The position numbers and the translations under genes are program-made. A stretch of 64,000 bases of DNA, from the sequence record PZ445454.1. The stretch is one strand, 5' to 3'. Source of the DNA: a phage. Under the pieces are notes generated by a model. It was not told the DNA's origin. It saw nothing but the letters and a program-made list of their open reading frames with translations, and did no database searches. Numbering within the stretch: the first letter of the stretch is position 1; each line of letters opens with the position of its first letter. Shown in pieces: positions 27,579 to 35,718 of the stretch.

Positions 27579-27581
27579 AGT

Positions 27582-28685
27582 TTACTCATAATCCCTAATA
27601 ACTAGTCCGACAGGGAACTGTAAAGAACCCTTACGAGTCATCTTCTGGAACTGAACCGTTAAAGGCTTCCCGATAAACTCATCAGGATGCTCAGCAAGAT
27701 ACTGTTTCTTCTCATGAGTAGTCTTCCATGAGACATCTACAAAGACGTTAGGAAGAGTCTCTACAACGAACTTACCATGACCACGTTTATCGGTCTTTAC
27801 ACCAGTCACTTTAAACTCTTCAGTGTGCATCTTCTTGTGCTTAATCAAGAAGTATGAACGGTGACCACACTCATAGAAGGAGTCTTCAGAGATTGAACGG
27901 TACATTGCACCTTCAAACTTGGCTTCAACCCACTTATCATGAGCTTCATCAAACTCTTCCCAAGAATTTACACGACGAGATTTAACAGGGACAACTTTAC
28001 AGCCATCTCTAAAGTCATTCAATGGTGAAGTCTCAATAATATCTCTACGCTCAGGCCACGTTTTAGTACTGTCACAGATATCATACCAGTAGAACTTAAG
28101 TAAGTGTCTGTCAGGATTGTCTTCATTTTTAATCATGGAGACAATATCTTCTAAGTCCCACCCATGAGCATAAATCTCTCCATCAAATTCATCAACATCT
28201 TTGTGGAGCCTTAACATTGCCATAATGTCAGGTATTAGTTCAGTAGGGATTTTGTAAACAGTATTCTCACGAGAATATGCTGTAAATACACTGCCAATAC
28301 TTAAGTGTCTTGAAATTCTACAACGTACACCATCAAGTTTTGGTTGAGCATCAGCAGGGAACTTCAGATACTTTGCATGACTAACCTTTGCAGCGTCATG
28401 AGCAAGCTGTACACCTACCTTTTCAGTATTCTGTGCAGACTCTTTTGTGTAAGCATAACCTTTACGGTCAACTTGCTTTTTATACTTAGCAGCAACTTCA
28501 AAGAGAGCTTGCTGTTCAGCGTTACGCTCATTCTTTTTACCGATGTTTTTCGGTTCTGCTGTATACTCTTCAAACATCATCTTGCCATTTTCTTTACCGT
28601 AGGTTGTAATAACTTTGTCACCTACAGCAACGCATGACCAGACGTTAAAAGAGCCATCTTTATTTTGTTTGTACAGAATTGTCAT
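27582..28685 (-). CDS. lig: ATP-dependent DNA ligase
   Basis: adenylation motif I KLDGVRC (KxDG); start chosen at MTILYK with RBS AGAGGT; track ORF extends to 28721. Confidence 0.7.
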   Translation of the reverse strand: MTILYKQNKDGSFNVWSCVAVGDKVITTYGKENGKMMFEEYTAEPKNIGKKNERNAEQQALFEVAAKYKKQVDRKGYAYTKESAQNTEKVGVQLAHDAAKVSHAKYLKFPADAQPKLDGVRCRISRHLSIGSVFTAYSRENTVYKIPTELIPDIMAMLRLHKDVDEFDGEIYAHGWDLEDIVSMIKNEDNPDRHLLKFYWYDICDSTKTWPERRDIIETSPLNDFRDGCKVVPVKSRRVNSWEEFDEAHDKWVEAKFEGAMYRSISEDSFYECGHRSYFLIKHKKMHTEEFKVTGVKTDKRGHGKFVVETLPNVFVDVSWKTTHEKKQYLAEHPDEFIGKPLTVQFQKMTRKGSLQFPVGLVIRDYE

Positions 28686-28878
28686 TTTTAACCTCTGAGT
28701 GATACCAAGTGTAACAAGCATTACATGCGTAAAGCTCTAAGTCATTTTTATCTGGTTTATGGAAACAGTTTGACCCACAACGACACCGGAATAGTTTACC
28801 ATCAACACGAAGAATGAATGTTTCAAGCTCACCATCTTCTGTAAGAACTGCGTTCTTAAGTTTATCTTCTACAGTCAT
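28660..28878 (-). CDS. small zinc-ribbon protein
   Basis: 72 aa; CRCGSNC ... CNAC. Confidence 0.45.
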   Translation of the reverse strand: MTVEDKLKNAVLTEDGELETFILRVDGKLFRCRCGSNCFHKPDKNDLELYACNACYTWYHSEVKNDNSVQTK

Positions 28879-29081
28879 TTTCTCTTACCACCAATCTCTA
28901 CGTCAATCACTTGAACATCACCAGCAACATCAAACTTATGAATGATGCTTTCCACAGTGTAAGTCCAACCCTCGATTCGAACCAACTCACCTTCTCGTGG
29001 GACGATTGGGTTACGTTGAGCTACGGTTGTAGTGGAGTGAACAACATCATAACAGTAGATATAGTTTACTAGGACTTCCAT
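28875..29081 (-). CDS. hypothetical small protein
   Basis: start set at internal Met (MEVLVNY) preceded by GAGG; track ORF extends to 29180. Confidence 0.4.
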   Translation of the reverse strand: MEVLVNYIYCYDVVHSTTTVAQRNPIVPREGELVRIEGWTYTVESIIHKFDVAGDVQVIDVEIGGKRK

Positions 29082-29091
29082 CTTGAAAACC

Positions 29092-29328
29092 TCACTCAAT
29101 AACAGTAGTGTGTGATTGACCATTTTTGCCATAGCTATAAGATGTTGTTGTTTGAGAGTTTGGGCATCTGACAACAACAATATCTCTGCTTATGGCATCA
29201 CCATGTAACTTATAGGCTCTGCAATCTTGCATCTCTGGTGGGAGGCTATAAGAAGCATTTTTGTCCTCGTAAGAGGGATTACAGCCAGATAGAAGGATAA
29301 CACTAAGCACAATTACTGCTTTCCACAT
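29092..29328 (-). CDS. predicted lipoprotein
   Basis: signal peptide with lipobox LLSGC; start at MWKAVIV. Confidence 0.5.
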   Translation of the reverse strand: MWKAVIVLSVILLSGCNPSYEDKNASYSLPPEMQDCRAYKLHGDAISRDIVVVRCPNSQTTTSYSYGKNGQSHTTVIE

Positions 29329-29341
29329 AATACTTCTCCTA

Positions 29342-29497
29342 TTACTGTTCACGATGTTCTACTTCTCTGTACGTTCGTCGATAGTTTATAATAAGCTGTG
29401 CTAACTCGTTGCTTTTAACACCTGAACGTAGAAGTTGCCAATCAAAACCTTTACCGACTCTTCCATACAAACTAAAGAATTTTACTTTGCGTTTCAT
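29342..29497 (-). CDS. possible small basic protein (51 aa)
   Basis: ATG preceded by GGAGATACCAAA; MKRKVKFFSLYGRVGKGFDWQLLRSG...; below ORF-track cutoff. Confidence 0.3.
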   Translation of the reverse strand: MKRKVKFFSLYGRVGKGFDWQLLRSGVKSNELAQLIINYRRTYREVEHREQ

Positions 29498-29514
29498 TTT
29501 GGTATCTCCAATAC

Positions 29515-29742
29515 TCAGATGTCAATGCTAATACGTTCACCCTTAAGGACTCCTGTACGGTCCCTTGCAATCTTACCGTCAACAATAAGGATATGTGCAG
29601 ACCTTAAAGATTCGCCATTAAAAGCTTTTACGAACTTACAAGGCATTACCACAATAGACATCTCCTGAATCAACTCTGGAGTATAGCAATTGTCGTGAAG
29701 TTGCTGAATAACGTCTGCAAGTGTCATTTTTGATGTCTCCAA
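29515..29742 (-). CDS. hypothetical protein
   Basis: 75-aa ORF in co-directional array. Confidence 0.4.
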   Translation of the reverse strand: METSKMTLADVIQQLHDNCYTPELIQEMSIVVMPCKFVKAFNGESLRSAHILIVDGKIARDRTGVLKGERISIDI

Positions 29743-29933
29743 TACTCAATATCAATAAGTTCTTGTGCAATACTTTTCAGATTACCTTTCAAGAAAACCT
29801 TCTCAGAACCTGAAAGAGATGAATTGTCAATTAGCCTGTTCATTCTCTCAAACAACTTCTGCTTACGGTTCTTGATAGTTTCCTTTGAAGCACCTTTCAT
29901 CATCGCTGCATGGGTTCTTCCACGGTGGCTCAT
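29724..29933 (-). CDS. hypothetical small basic protein
   Basis: 69-aa ORF. Confidence 0.4.
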   Translation of the reverse strand: MSHRGRTHAAMMKGASKETIKNRKQKLFERMNRLIDNSSLSGSEKVFLKGNLKSIAQELIDIEYWRHQK

Positions 29934-29984
29934 AAGCCCTCCTATACAAGATATAGTATAAGGTACTCTTCCCTGAGCACCTTG

Positions 29985-30512
29985 TCAACTTAGTTTTGCA
30001 AACTCTCCGTGGAGTTTAATAGCAGCTTCACAGTAAGCTTTATGGGCTTCTTCAGGTGTGTCATAGTAGCCTAATGACATCTTTTTACCTTTATAGCTTA
30101 TTTGCGCAAGCCACCTACCAGACTTCTTCTTCAGGCTTACACCCTTATAGCCTGATTTATTGGTAGATAGTTTGCTTTTATTCCAAGCACTTTGGCAGTC
30201 ATCTGCTTCTCTTAAGTTTACAACCCTGTTATCAAGGGAGTCCCCATTAATATGGTCGATAACACCTCTCGGTAGCCTACCATACACGTACAGCCATGCG
30301 AGTCTGTGTGCTTTATGTGCTTTCTTGTCAAAATAGATAGTAATCTGCTTATGACCAGTTGAGTCAATCTGGATGCTCCCCGCTACCTGTCCTGCGTACT
30401 TACTATTAAAGACTTTAACAGCCCTTGAGTCACCCTCTCTACGAAGCCAAGTAAAGACCCCTGTTTCGGGGTCATAGTGTAGTAGCTCCTTTAAACGTTC
30501 TTGTGTAATCAT
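29985..30512 (-). CDS. HNH homing endonuclease with AP2-type DNA-binding domain (freestanding)
   Basis: HNH region HRLAWLYVYGRLPRGVIDHINGDSLDNRVVNLREA; AP2-like YKGVSLKKKSGRWLAQISYKGKKMSLGYYDTPEEAHKAY; start at MITQER overlapping DNA polymerase stop. Confidence 0.65.
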   Translation of the reverse strand: MITQERLKELLHYDPETGVFTWLRREGDSRAVKVFNSKYAGQVAGSIQIDSTGHKQITIYFDKKAHKAHRLAWLYVYGRLPRGVIDHINGDSLDNRVVNLREADDCQSAWNKSKLSTNKSGYKGVSLKKKSGRWLAQISYKGKKMSLGYYDTPEEAHKAYCEAAIKLHGEFAKLS

Positions 30513-30551
30513 TTTGTCACCATTAATGCACTTCCAACCACGATTTACCAA
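29985..30551 (-). mobile_element. freestanding homing-endonuclease gene inserted at 3' end of DNA polymerase gene
   Basis: HNH-AP2 ORF abutting and overlapping polymerase gene end. Confidence 0.5.
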
Positions 30552-33252
30552 CCTTGCCAGTACCAGTTACCAGTGTTTCACTCTTTAGTCCTAAGTTCTT
30601 AGAGGCTTGCCCGTAATACCAATCAGTGACAGCCTTCACCTCTGCCGTCATACTTTCTGGGCATTCCCAACTCGTCTCGTCGTGATAGGAGCACAATAAA
30701 CGAGCACCTATAGCTGGTTTGCGACCGTTCAACTTCATCAAACCTTCGTCAATCATACGACGGCAAGCAAGGTTAATTGCCTCGTTCTGAATCTGACTTT
30801 CCGAACCCATGAGCAAATAATTCAATAACTTATGTGGAGATTTACACCACAACCAAGCTCCAGCAACCTTTACAAAACCCCCTTTAGAGATTGCAGCAGT
30901 CTTACCAAACACCTCTTCAAGTGCCTTTTTAGTTGCTTTGTAGTCAGCTTCCAAGTCATCTAACAGCTTCTTAATTTTAGGTAAACGAATAAAGTAAGTC
31001 TGTTTAGTCAGTGCGCCTTCCTGAGTAGTTGCAGCTTTAATCGTCTTAGCAAACTTCTCATCCCCTGCACCGAACAGTAGTGCATAGATACCATTCTTAG
31101 CTTTCTTACGACCTTTGCTAATCTCATGAAGAAGACTCTCATCCTGAGTAGCTCGACAAGTCAAGATGTCCTGCTCATCATTCAAGCTAAAGTAAATACT
31201 GTTCAGGGTGTGTGCATCAGTCCCTGAATAGACAACGTACAGGTCATTCTCAGAGTCATAGTGAAGGTACTTATCAATCTCTGGGTTGAGATACTCATCG
31301 AAGTGTTTGCAGTAATAGCGTCCATCTTCTTGACGAGTAAACTCAATTTCTTCTTTACCTTGCGTTACCGCTTTGGTGAAATCTTTATCACCCATAAAGT
31401 TACAAAGAAGAACTAACTGGGCTGAGTTCATGTCTACAGAGACAACGTTAGTACCTTCCTCACAAATCCACACTGCCCTCATTGGTTCCCCATAGACAGC
31501 AGCACCAGACGGTACGTTTACAATACCATATTGTGTCATACGTCCAGTTGAAGTACCAAACACCATTGCACCAGCACTAAGGCGACCATCAGGACGAATC
31601 TGGTTCAACCAACCTTTTTCATCATCCTTTGAGTTCTCAATAGTTCTGCGTCTGTGCATCAAAGTGTAGTATTTCGCAATCTTCTGTCCAAGCTCACCTT
31701 CAATCGTATCATAAGATGATTCAGTAAGTTTTGGTGAAGTACGGATTAAGCAAGGCTCAAGCAAATCTGTGTACTTCTTCACAGACCAGTTATGCTCAAT
31801 GTACTGTACACCTTCATGTTCAACATAACTCAAGCCACACCGCTCAACCATTTCCTGCCACTTAGGATGTTTTGTAATCATCTTTTTATTGTCTTTGAAA
31901 CGACAAACTTTGACAGGGCGACCATCAGAGTCTTTCTTGTAGTTCCAGTCATCTGGAATCCAACCAACTGATTTCAAGTAGTCTTTAACAACTGCTACCT
32001 GAGTCATACGAGAAACTTCAAACTCAATTGGTGTATACGGTGCATCAATCAAACCTGTGTAGCGACTTGACTCAAGTTCAAAGTGGTTAACAACGTGACT
32101 GTTATAATACTTCACAGTTTTAACTGTTTTTACTGGCTTCCAATCTTTGCATTTCTTACCCATCTTTGCATTCAACTCATTGCAAATTGCACGAGCATCC
32201 TTCATTGCTACAAAACCTTCCTTGTACTCTTCACCAGTTACAGTGTTGGTTGGTGTATAGCAATTCCTTTTTTCAATGTTAAAAATCTTTGTAGTTGGCT
32301 TACCAAATGGCTTGATTTCATATGTTTGCATCTCACCATTACGTACCTGCTGACGATACTTTGTCTTAGGGTACTTGGTAATTCTTTTCAGTCCATCTGC
32401 ATGACCAAATGTTTCAACATACTCATTCCAAGCTTTTGCAAACTCTTCTCCAGTGACTTTACCTTTGGTCTTAATAGTTGGAGGAAGATGTGGTTCAACC
32501 TCTGAAGCAAGCTCATTAGTCAACTTGTCAAGTTCCTTTACATGGAACTCCATAAGCTCTTTATCAGCTTTCCAACCATTAATAGCTTGTTGACTCATCC
32601 AGAAAGATGTTTCTTTAGCTCGCATGTAGGTTTCATAAGTATCTATACCACACTTCTTAAGCTTGAGATATTCATTATCAAGTGCCCGTTTAGTTTTGGC
32701 GTTAATACGAATATCTTCTACAACACGAGTGAAGATTTCTGCATTCCACACACCCCAATGCTCAATCTCTGGTTTACGAACACCAACACGAGCACCCCAT
32801 GCAGCCAAACCATGAGCACCTTTATAACCCTTTGGAGTTGGTCTATCCATCCACTGAACACGAGACTGGATAAGAGAGTCCTGAAAGAAATTACTCCACG
32901 GTTTACACTTTGGATTATCAAAGTTCCATAAATCCGGTGCAATGTGATTGAAAACCCACCAGTCATAACCGAGGCCATTATGGATACAAAGACGTTTTGC
33001 CTTTAACGCAAACTCAATACCTTCACGTAAACCACCCTTAATGTACTTAGTGTACTTGTGACCGAGGATAGGCTCATCTGTAAAGACCCATACAGGCGGC
33101 TCTTCATCGTCAGATTTATAGTCTGCAAAGGCCATTACGTGAACTTTAGTGAACTCAAGGAGTAAACCATCAGTTTCTGTATCACCAACCAAATGTAAGT
33201 TTTTAAAATCTACGTTTTCCATTTTTACTCCCTCTAAAACCATTAACCTCAT
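30523..33252 (-). CDS. DNA polymerase, family A, with 3'-5' exonuclease domain
   Basis: Exo I DTETDG; motif A-like VSVDMNSAQLVLL; motif B-like KAKNGIYALLFGAG; motif C-like YHDE; 909 aa. Confidence 0.8.
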   Translation of the reverse strand: MRLMVLEGVKMENVDFKNLHLVGDTETDGLLLEFTKVHVMAFADYKSDDEEPPVWVFTDEPILGHKYTKYIKGGLREGIEFALKAKRLCIHNGLGYDWWVFNHIAPDLWNFDNPKCKPWSNFFQDSLIQSRVQWMDRPTPKGYKGAHGLAAWGARVGVRKPEIEHWGVWNAEIFTRVVEDIRINAKTKRALDNEYLKLKKCGIDTYETYMRAKETSFWMSQQAINGWKADKELMEFHVKELDKLTNELASEVEPHLPPTIKTKGKVTGEEFAKAWNEYVETFGHADGLKRITKYPKTKYRQQVRNGEMQTYEIKPFGKPTTKIFNIEKRNCYTPTNTVTGEEYKEGFVAMKDARAICNELNAKMGKKCKDWKPVKTVKTVKYYNSHVVNHFELESSRYTGLIDAPYTPIEFEVSRMTQVAVVKDYLKSVGWIPDDWNYKKDSDGRPVKVCRFKDNKKMITKHPKWQEMVERCGLSYVEHEGVQYIEHNWSVKKYTDLLEPCLIRTSPKLTESSYDTIEGELGQKIAKYYTLMHRRRTIENSKDDEKGWLNQIRPDGRLSAGAMVFGTSTGRMTQYGIVNVPSGAAVYGEPMRAVWICEEGTNVVSVDMNSAQLVLLCNFMGDKDFTKAVTQGKEEIEFTRQEDGRYYCKHFDEYLNPEIDKYLHYDSENDLYVVYSGTDAHTLNSIYFSLNDEQDILTCRATQDESLLHEISKGRKKAKNGIYALLFGAGDEKFAKTIKAATTQEGALTKQTYFIRLPKIKKLLDDLEADYKATKKALEEVFGKTAAISKGGFVKVAGAWLWCKSPHKLLNYLLMGSESQIQNEAINLACRRMIDEGLMKLNGRKPAIGARLLCSYHDETSWECPESMTAEVKAVTDWYYGQASKNLGLKSETLVTGTGKVGKSWLEVH

Positions 33253-33282
33253 ACATTACTGCAAAAAATTATAAAAAGCAAG

Positions 33283-33312
33283 TTGACAATGTACTTGACA
33301 AGGTGTTAATCT
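33283..33312 (+). promoter_or_regulatory. tandem TTGACA -35-like hexamers in divergent control region
   Basis: agTTGACAatgtacTTGACAaggtgttaatct; -10 assignment ambiguous. Confidence 0.3.
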
Positions 33313-33394
33313 TTGCGAAGTGGGTTTTTACTTAAAAGGTTACTTAACAGTTTAACTATACAGATACTTTAAAACTCTTAAAAGATTATTTAAT

Positions 33395-33435
33395 AGCTTT
33401 TAAAAAGCTTTAAAGTATAACGTATAGAATACGTT
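33395..33435. promoter_or_regulatory. two palindromes (agctttt-a-aaaagct and aacgtat-aga-atacgtt, latter containing TAGAAT) 45-85 nt upstream of first plus-strand early gene
   Basis: read directly from sequence. Confidence 0.5.
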
Positions 33436-33479
33436 AAGATAAAAGATTAAAACTTAATAGTTACTTAAAAGAGGCTTAC

Positions 33480-33902
33480 ATGCAGAAAATGTTTGTTCAC
33501 CCAGACATAGCTGACTTTGTTAGAGCTTTGCAGAAGTTGGAAGAACTTGACATTGCTGCTCAACGGGAATATGCTCACCATCACAGGAGAATGGTTGATA
33601 TACAACATGAGATAGAGTTATCAGAAGACTATGAAGATGACTTAAAATGCTCTGTGTTTGAGCATATGAAAGATGTTGCTACGGCGAGACGTAAAGCTAA
33701 AGACACAGTTGCTTTACTAGATTCTCTTAAAAAGAGGTTGCAAAGTGGTACAGACCTGTGTAATCTAGCATCACTGATTAACGATGTTGAAACTTCTTGG
33801 GATAGGCACTATTATCCGCGTTCTGAAAAGACACTTGACTTTTCTTCATCAGAAAACTTAAAATGTTCTAGAAAGAAACTTAACCAACTGAGAGAGAAAT
33901 AA
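33480..33902 (+). CDS. hypothetical early protein
   Basis: 140 aa, charged/coiled-coil-like; RBS AAGAGG. Confidence 0.45.
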   Translation: MQKMFVHPDIADFVRALQKLEELDIAAQREYAHHHRRMVDIQHEIELSEDYEDDLKCSVFEHMKDVATARRKAKDTVALLDSLKKRLQSGTDLCNLASLINDVETSWDRHYYPRSEKTLDFSSSENLKCSRKKLNQLREK

Positions 33903-33903
33903 T

Positions 33904-34704
33904 ATGAATATCGATGTAGAAAAGATGCTTGAAGAAAAAGGTATTGACGAAGCGTTCTTAATCAATGCCGTAGAAATCATGGCTATGATTCTTCGTGGCA
34001 ACAACTACACAGAACAGTTTATGCCTGCAAGTTATAACTTGCCTGAAGACAAGTCTGATAACGGTGCTTTTGCAGAACAGGTCAACATGATGCTTTGCGA
34101 CAAAACACTCGCTTTAGCATCTATCGTTGTAGGTGTTGATGCTCTTGCAGAGTTCATTTTTTATGAGATGCAGAAAAATGACTATATTGCCATGACCACT
34201 GAAGAAAAAGACTTGCTACTACTCGCAGGTAATGATGAACTAATTGACCTGTTAATTTCATCAACAAGTGCTGTTATGGCTGCTCTTGAGAAGCGTATGG
34301 AAGAGAAACTTTCACGATATGAAAAGCTTGATTGGGGCGTAGAAGAATTAAGCCCACGAATCAAGGAGATTATCCAGCAAACTAAAGAGTCTTTGGAAGA
34401 AGCTGTTGAAAATGACTCTGTAGCTGATATAGAACCACTTCAGGTGAAAGTTGCACTGATGATTCCAGCTATCTCTACGATGATGAATATCGTTGCACTA
34501 ATCCAGCTTTCACAGATGATGGGTGTGAGTATTGAGTTCATTGAGGAGATGACTGGCGGTGTTAGTATGCAAGCAATCAATGATGTTTTGGTGAACATTG
34601 GTGCTTCAATCATTGAAGAGAAACTACGCATTAACTTCGGTGATGATTTTGTGAAGCAACTCTCAGCTATGGCTGAAAAAGAGTCTGCTGAGCAACTGCA
34701 CTAA
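33904..34704 (+). CDS. hypothetical acidic early protein
   Basis: 266 aa, strongly acidic. Confidence 0.45.
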   Translation: MNIDVEKMLEEKGIDEAFLINAVEIMAMILRGNNYTEQFMPASYNLPEDKSDNGAFAEQVNMMLCDKTLALASIVVGVDALAEFIFYEMQKNDYIAMTTEEKDLLLLAGNDELIDLLISSTSAVMAALEKRMEEKLSRYEKLDWGVEELSPRIKEIIQQTKESLEEAVENDSVADIEPLQVKVALMIPAISTMMNIVALIQLSQMMGVSIEFIEEMTGGVSMQAINDVLVNIGASIIEEKLRINFGDDFVKQLSAMAEKESAEQLH

Positions 34705-34721
34705 GTCTTTATAAATCTTAC

Positions 34722-34748
34722 AAGCCTCCTTAGTTGGGGGCTTTTTAG
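34722..34748 (+). terminator. rho-independent terminator
   Basis: aagcctcc ... gggggctt hairpin then TTTTT. Confidence 0.55.
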
Positions 34749-34765
34749 TAATTAATGGAGATAAA

Positions 34766-35509
34766 ATGAGTAATATTATCGCATTTACTGGAAAGGCACG
34801 TTCTGGAAAAGACACCTCATGTTCTATTGTGAAGAACATCTTAGAGGATGAGTATGGCTACAATGTTGAAGTAATGGCCTTTGCAGACAACCTTAAACTA
34901 TCTGCATCAAAGATATTTGACTTGACTTGGAATGACCTGTACGGTGAAACTAAAGAGACTCCACAGGTTTTTGACTTATCATATCCTGAACTGATGTTTA
35001 AAGTTACGGAAGCTATGGAGTTCACCTTCAGAGATGAACGTTACCATATGGACTTCAAGCTTATGTCAGAGTTAACCGGACGATTAATCATGGAGCTTAA
35101 GAAGGTTGCTAAACCGACTCTATTGACACGTCTGGGGTTTAGTAAAAAGTATAAATTCTCATCAAGACAAATTCAACAGATTTGGGGTACTGAAGTTGTC
35201 CGTAAAGTAATGGGCGACAAGTTCTGGTCTAAAGACCTTGAAAAAAGAATGGTTAGATTCCATGAAATGTGCTCACTTAGAAATCAATATGGTTTTGTCT
35301 TAATCAGTGATTTAAGATTTGACTCTGAAGCTGAATGGCTGAGTAGATTTGCACACCAAACTATTGAAGTAAAAAGAGACAATGTGGACAAAGTTTCATC
35401 ACATGTTTCAGAAAATGGTATTTCTACAAAATATGAGCGTGACATTATTCATAATAATGGTACTCTTGCAGACCTTGAGAACAAGCTAAGAGCCATCATT
35501 AAAGTTTAA
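34766..35509 (+). CDS. deoxynucleoside monophosphate kinase
   Basis: N-terminal P-loop FTGKARSGKDT resembling T4 gp1-type dNMP kinase. Confidence 0.6.
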   Translation: MSNIIAFTGKARSGKDTSCSIVKNILEDEYGYNVEVMAFADNLKLSASKIFDLTWNDLYGETKETPQVFDLSYPELMFKVTEAMEFTFRDERYHMDFKLMSELTGRLIMELKKVAKPTLLTRLGFSKKYKFSSRQIQQIWGTEVVRKVMGDKFWSKDLEKRMVRFHEMCSLRNQYGFVLISDLRFDSEAEWLSRFAHQTIEVKRDNVDKVSSHVSENGISTKYERDIIHNNGTLADLENKLRAIIKV

Positions 35510-35517
35510 AAGAGAGA

Positions 35518-35718
35518 ATGAAGATGAGAGTAAAAGACAATTTTAAAGTTATTGACCACCGTTTAGTGGAACTCTCATCTCTTTCCAATGAGGTAATGAT
35601 TGAACGTCTTAAGAGAGTTGAATCACGAAGGAAAGAGATTGCAGATGAAATTCATGAACTGGACAAGATTGAAAATGGATTGAGGGCAGAACTACAACGA
35701 AGAGGTGCTAATGTCTAA
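35518..35718 (+). CDS. hypothetical small coiled-coil protein
   Basis: 66-aa ORF. Confidence 0.4.
   Translation: MKMRVKDNFKVIDHRLVELSSLSNEVMIERLKRVESRRKEIADEIHELDKIENGLRAELQRRGANV

Noticed and set aside
26992-27581. Possible tRNA gene(s) in the long non-coding gap
   Set aside because: No T-loop GTTCGA/GGTTCGAATCC-type motif or acceptor-stem complementarity was seen on either strand; the region is strand-asymmetric and repeat-rich instead.
29435-29668. 77-aa plus-strand ORF in the minus-strand early block
   Set aside because: It is opposite in orientation to all neighbours, lacks an RBS and overlaps better-supported minus-strand ORFs (29342..29497 and 29515..29742).
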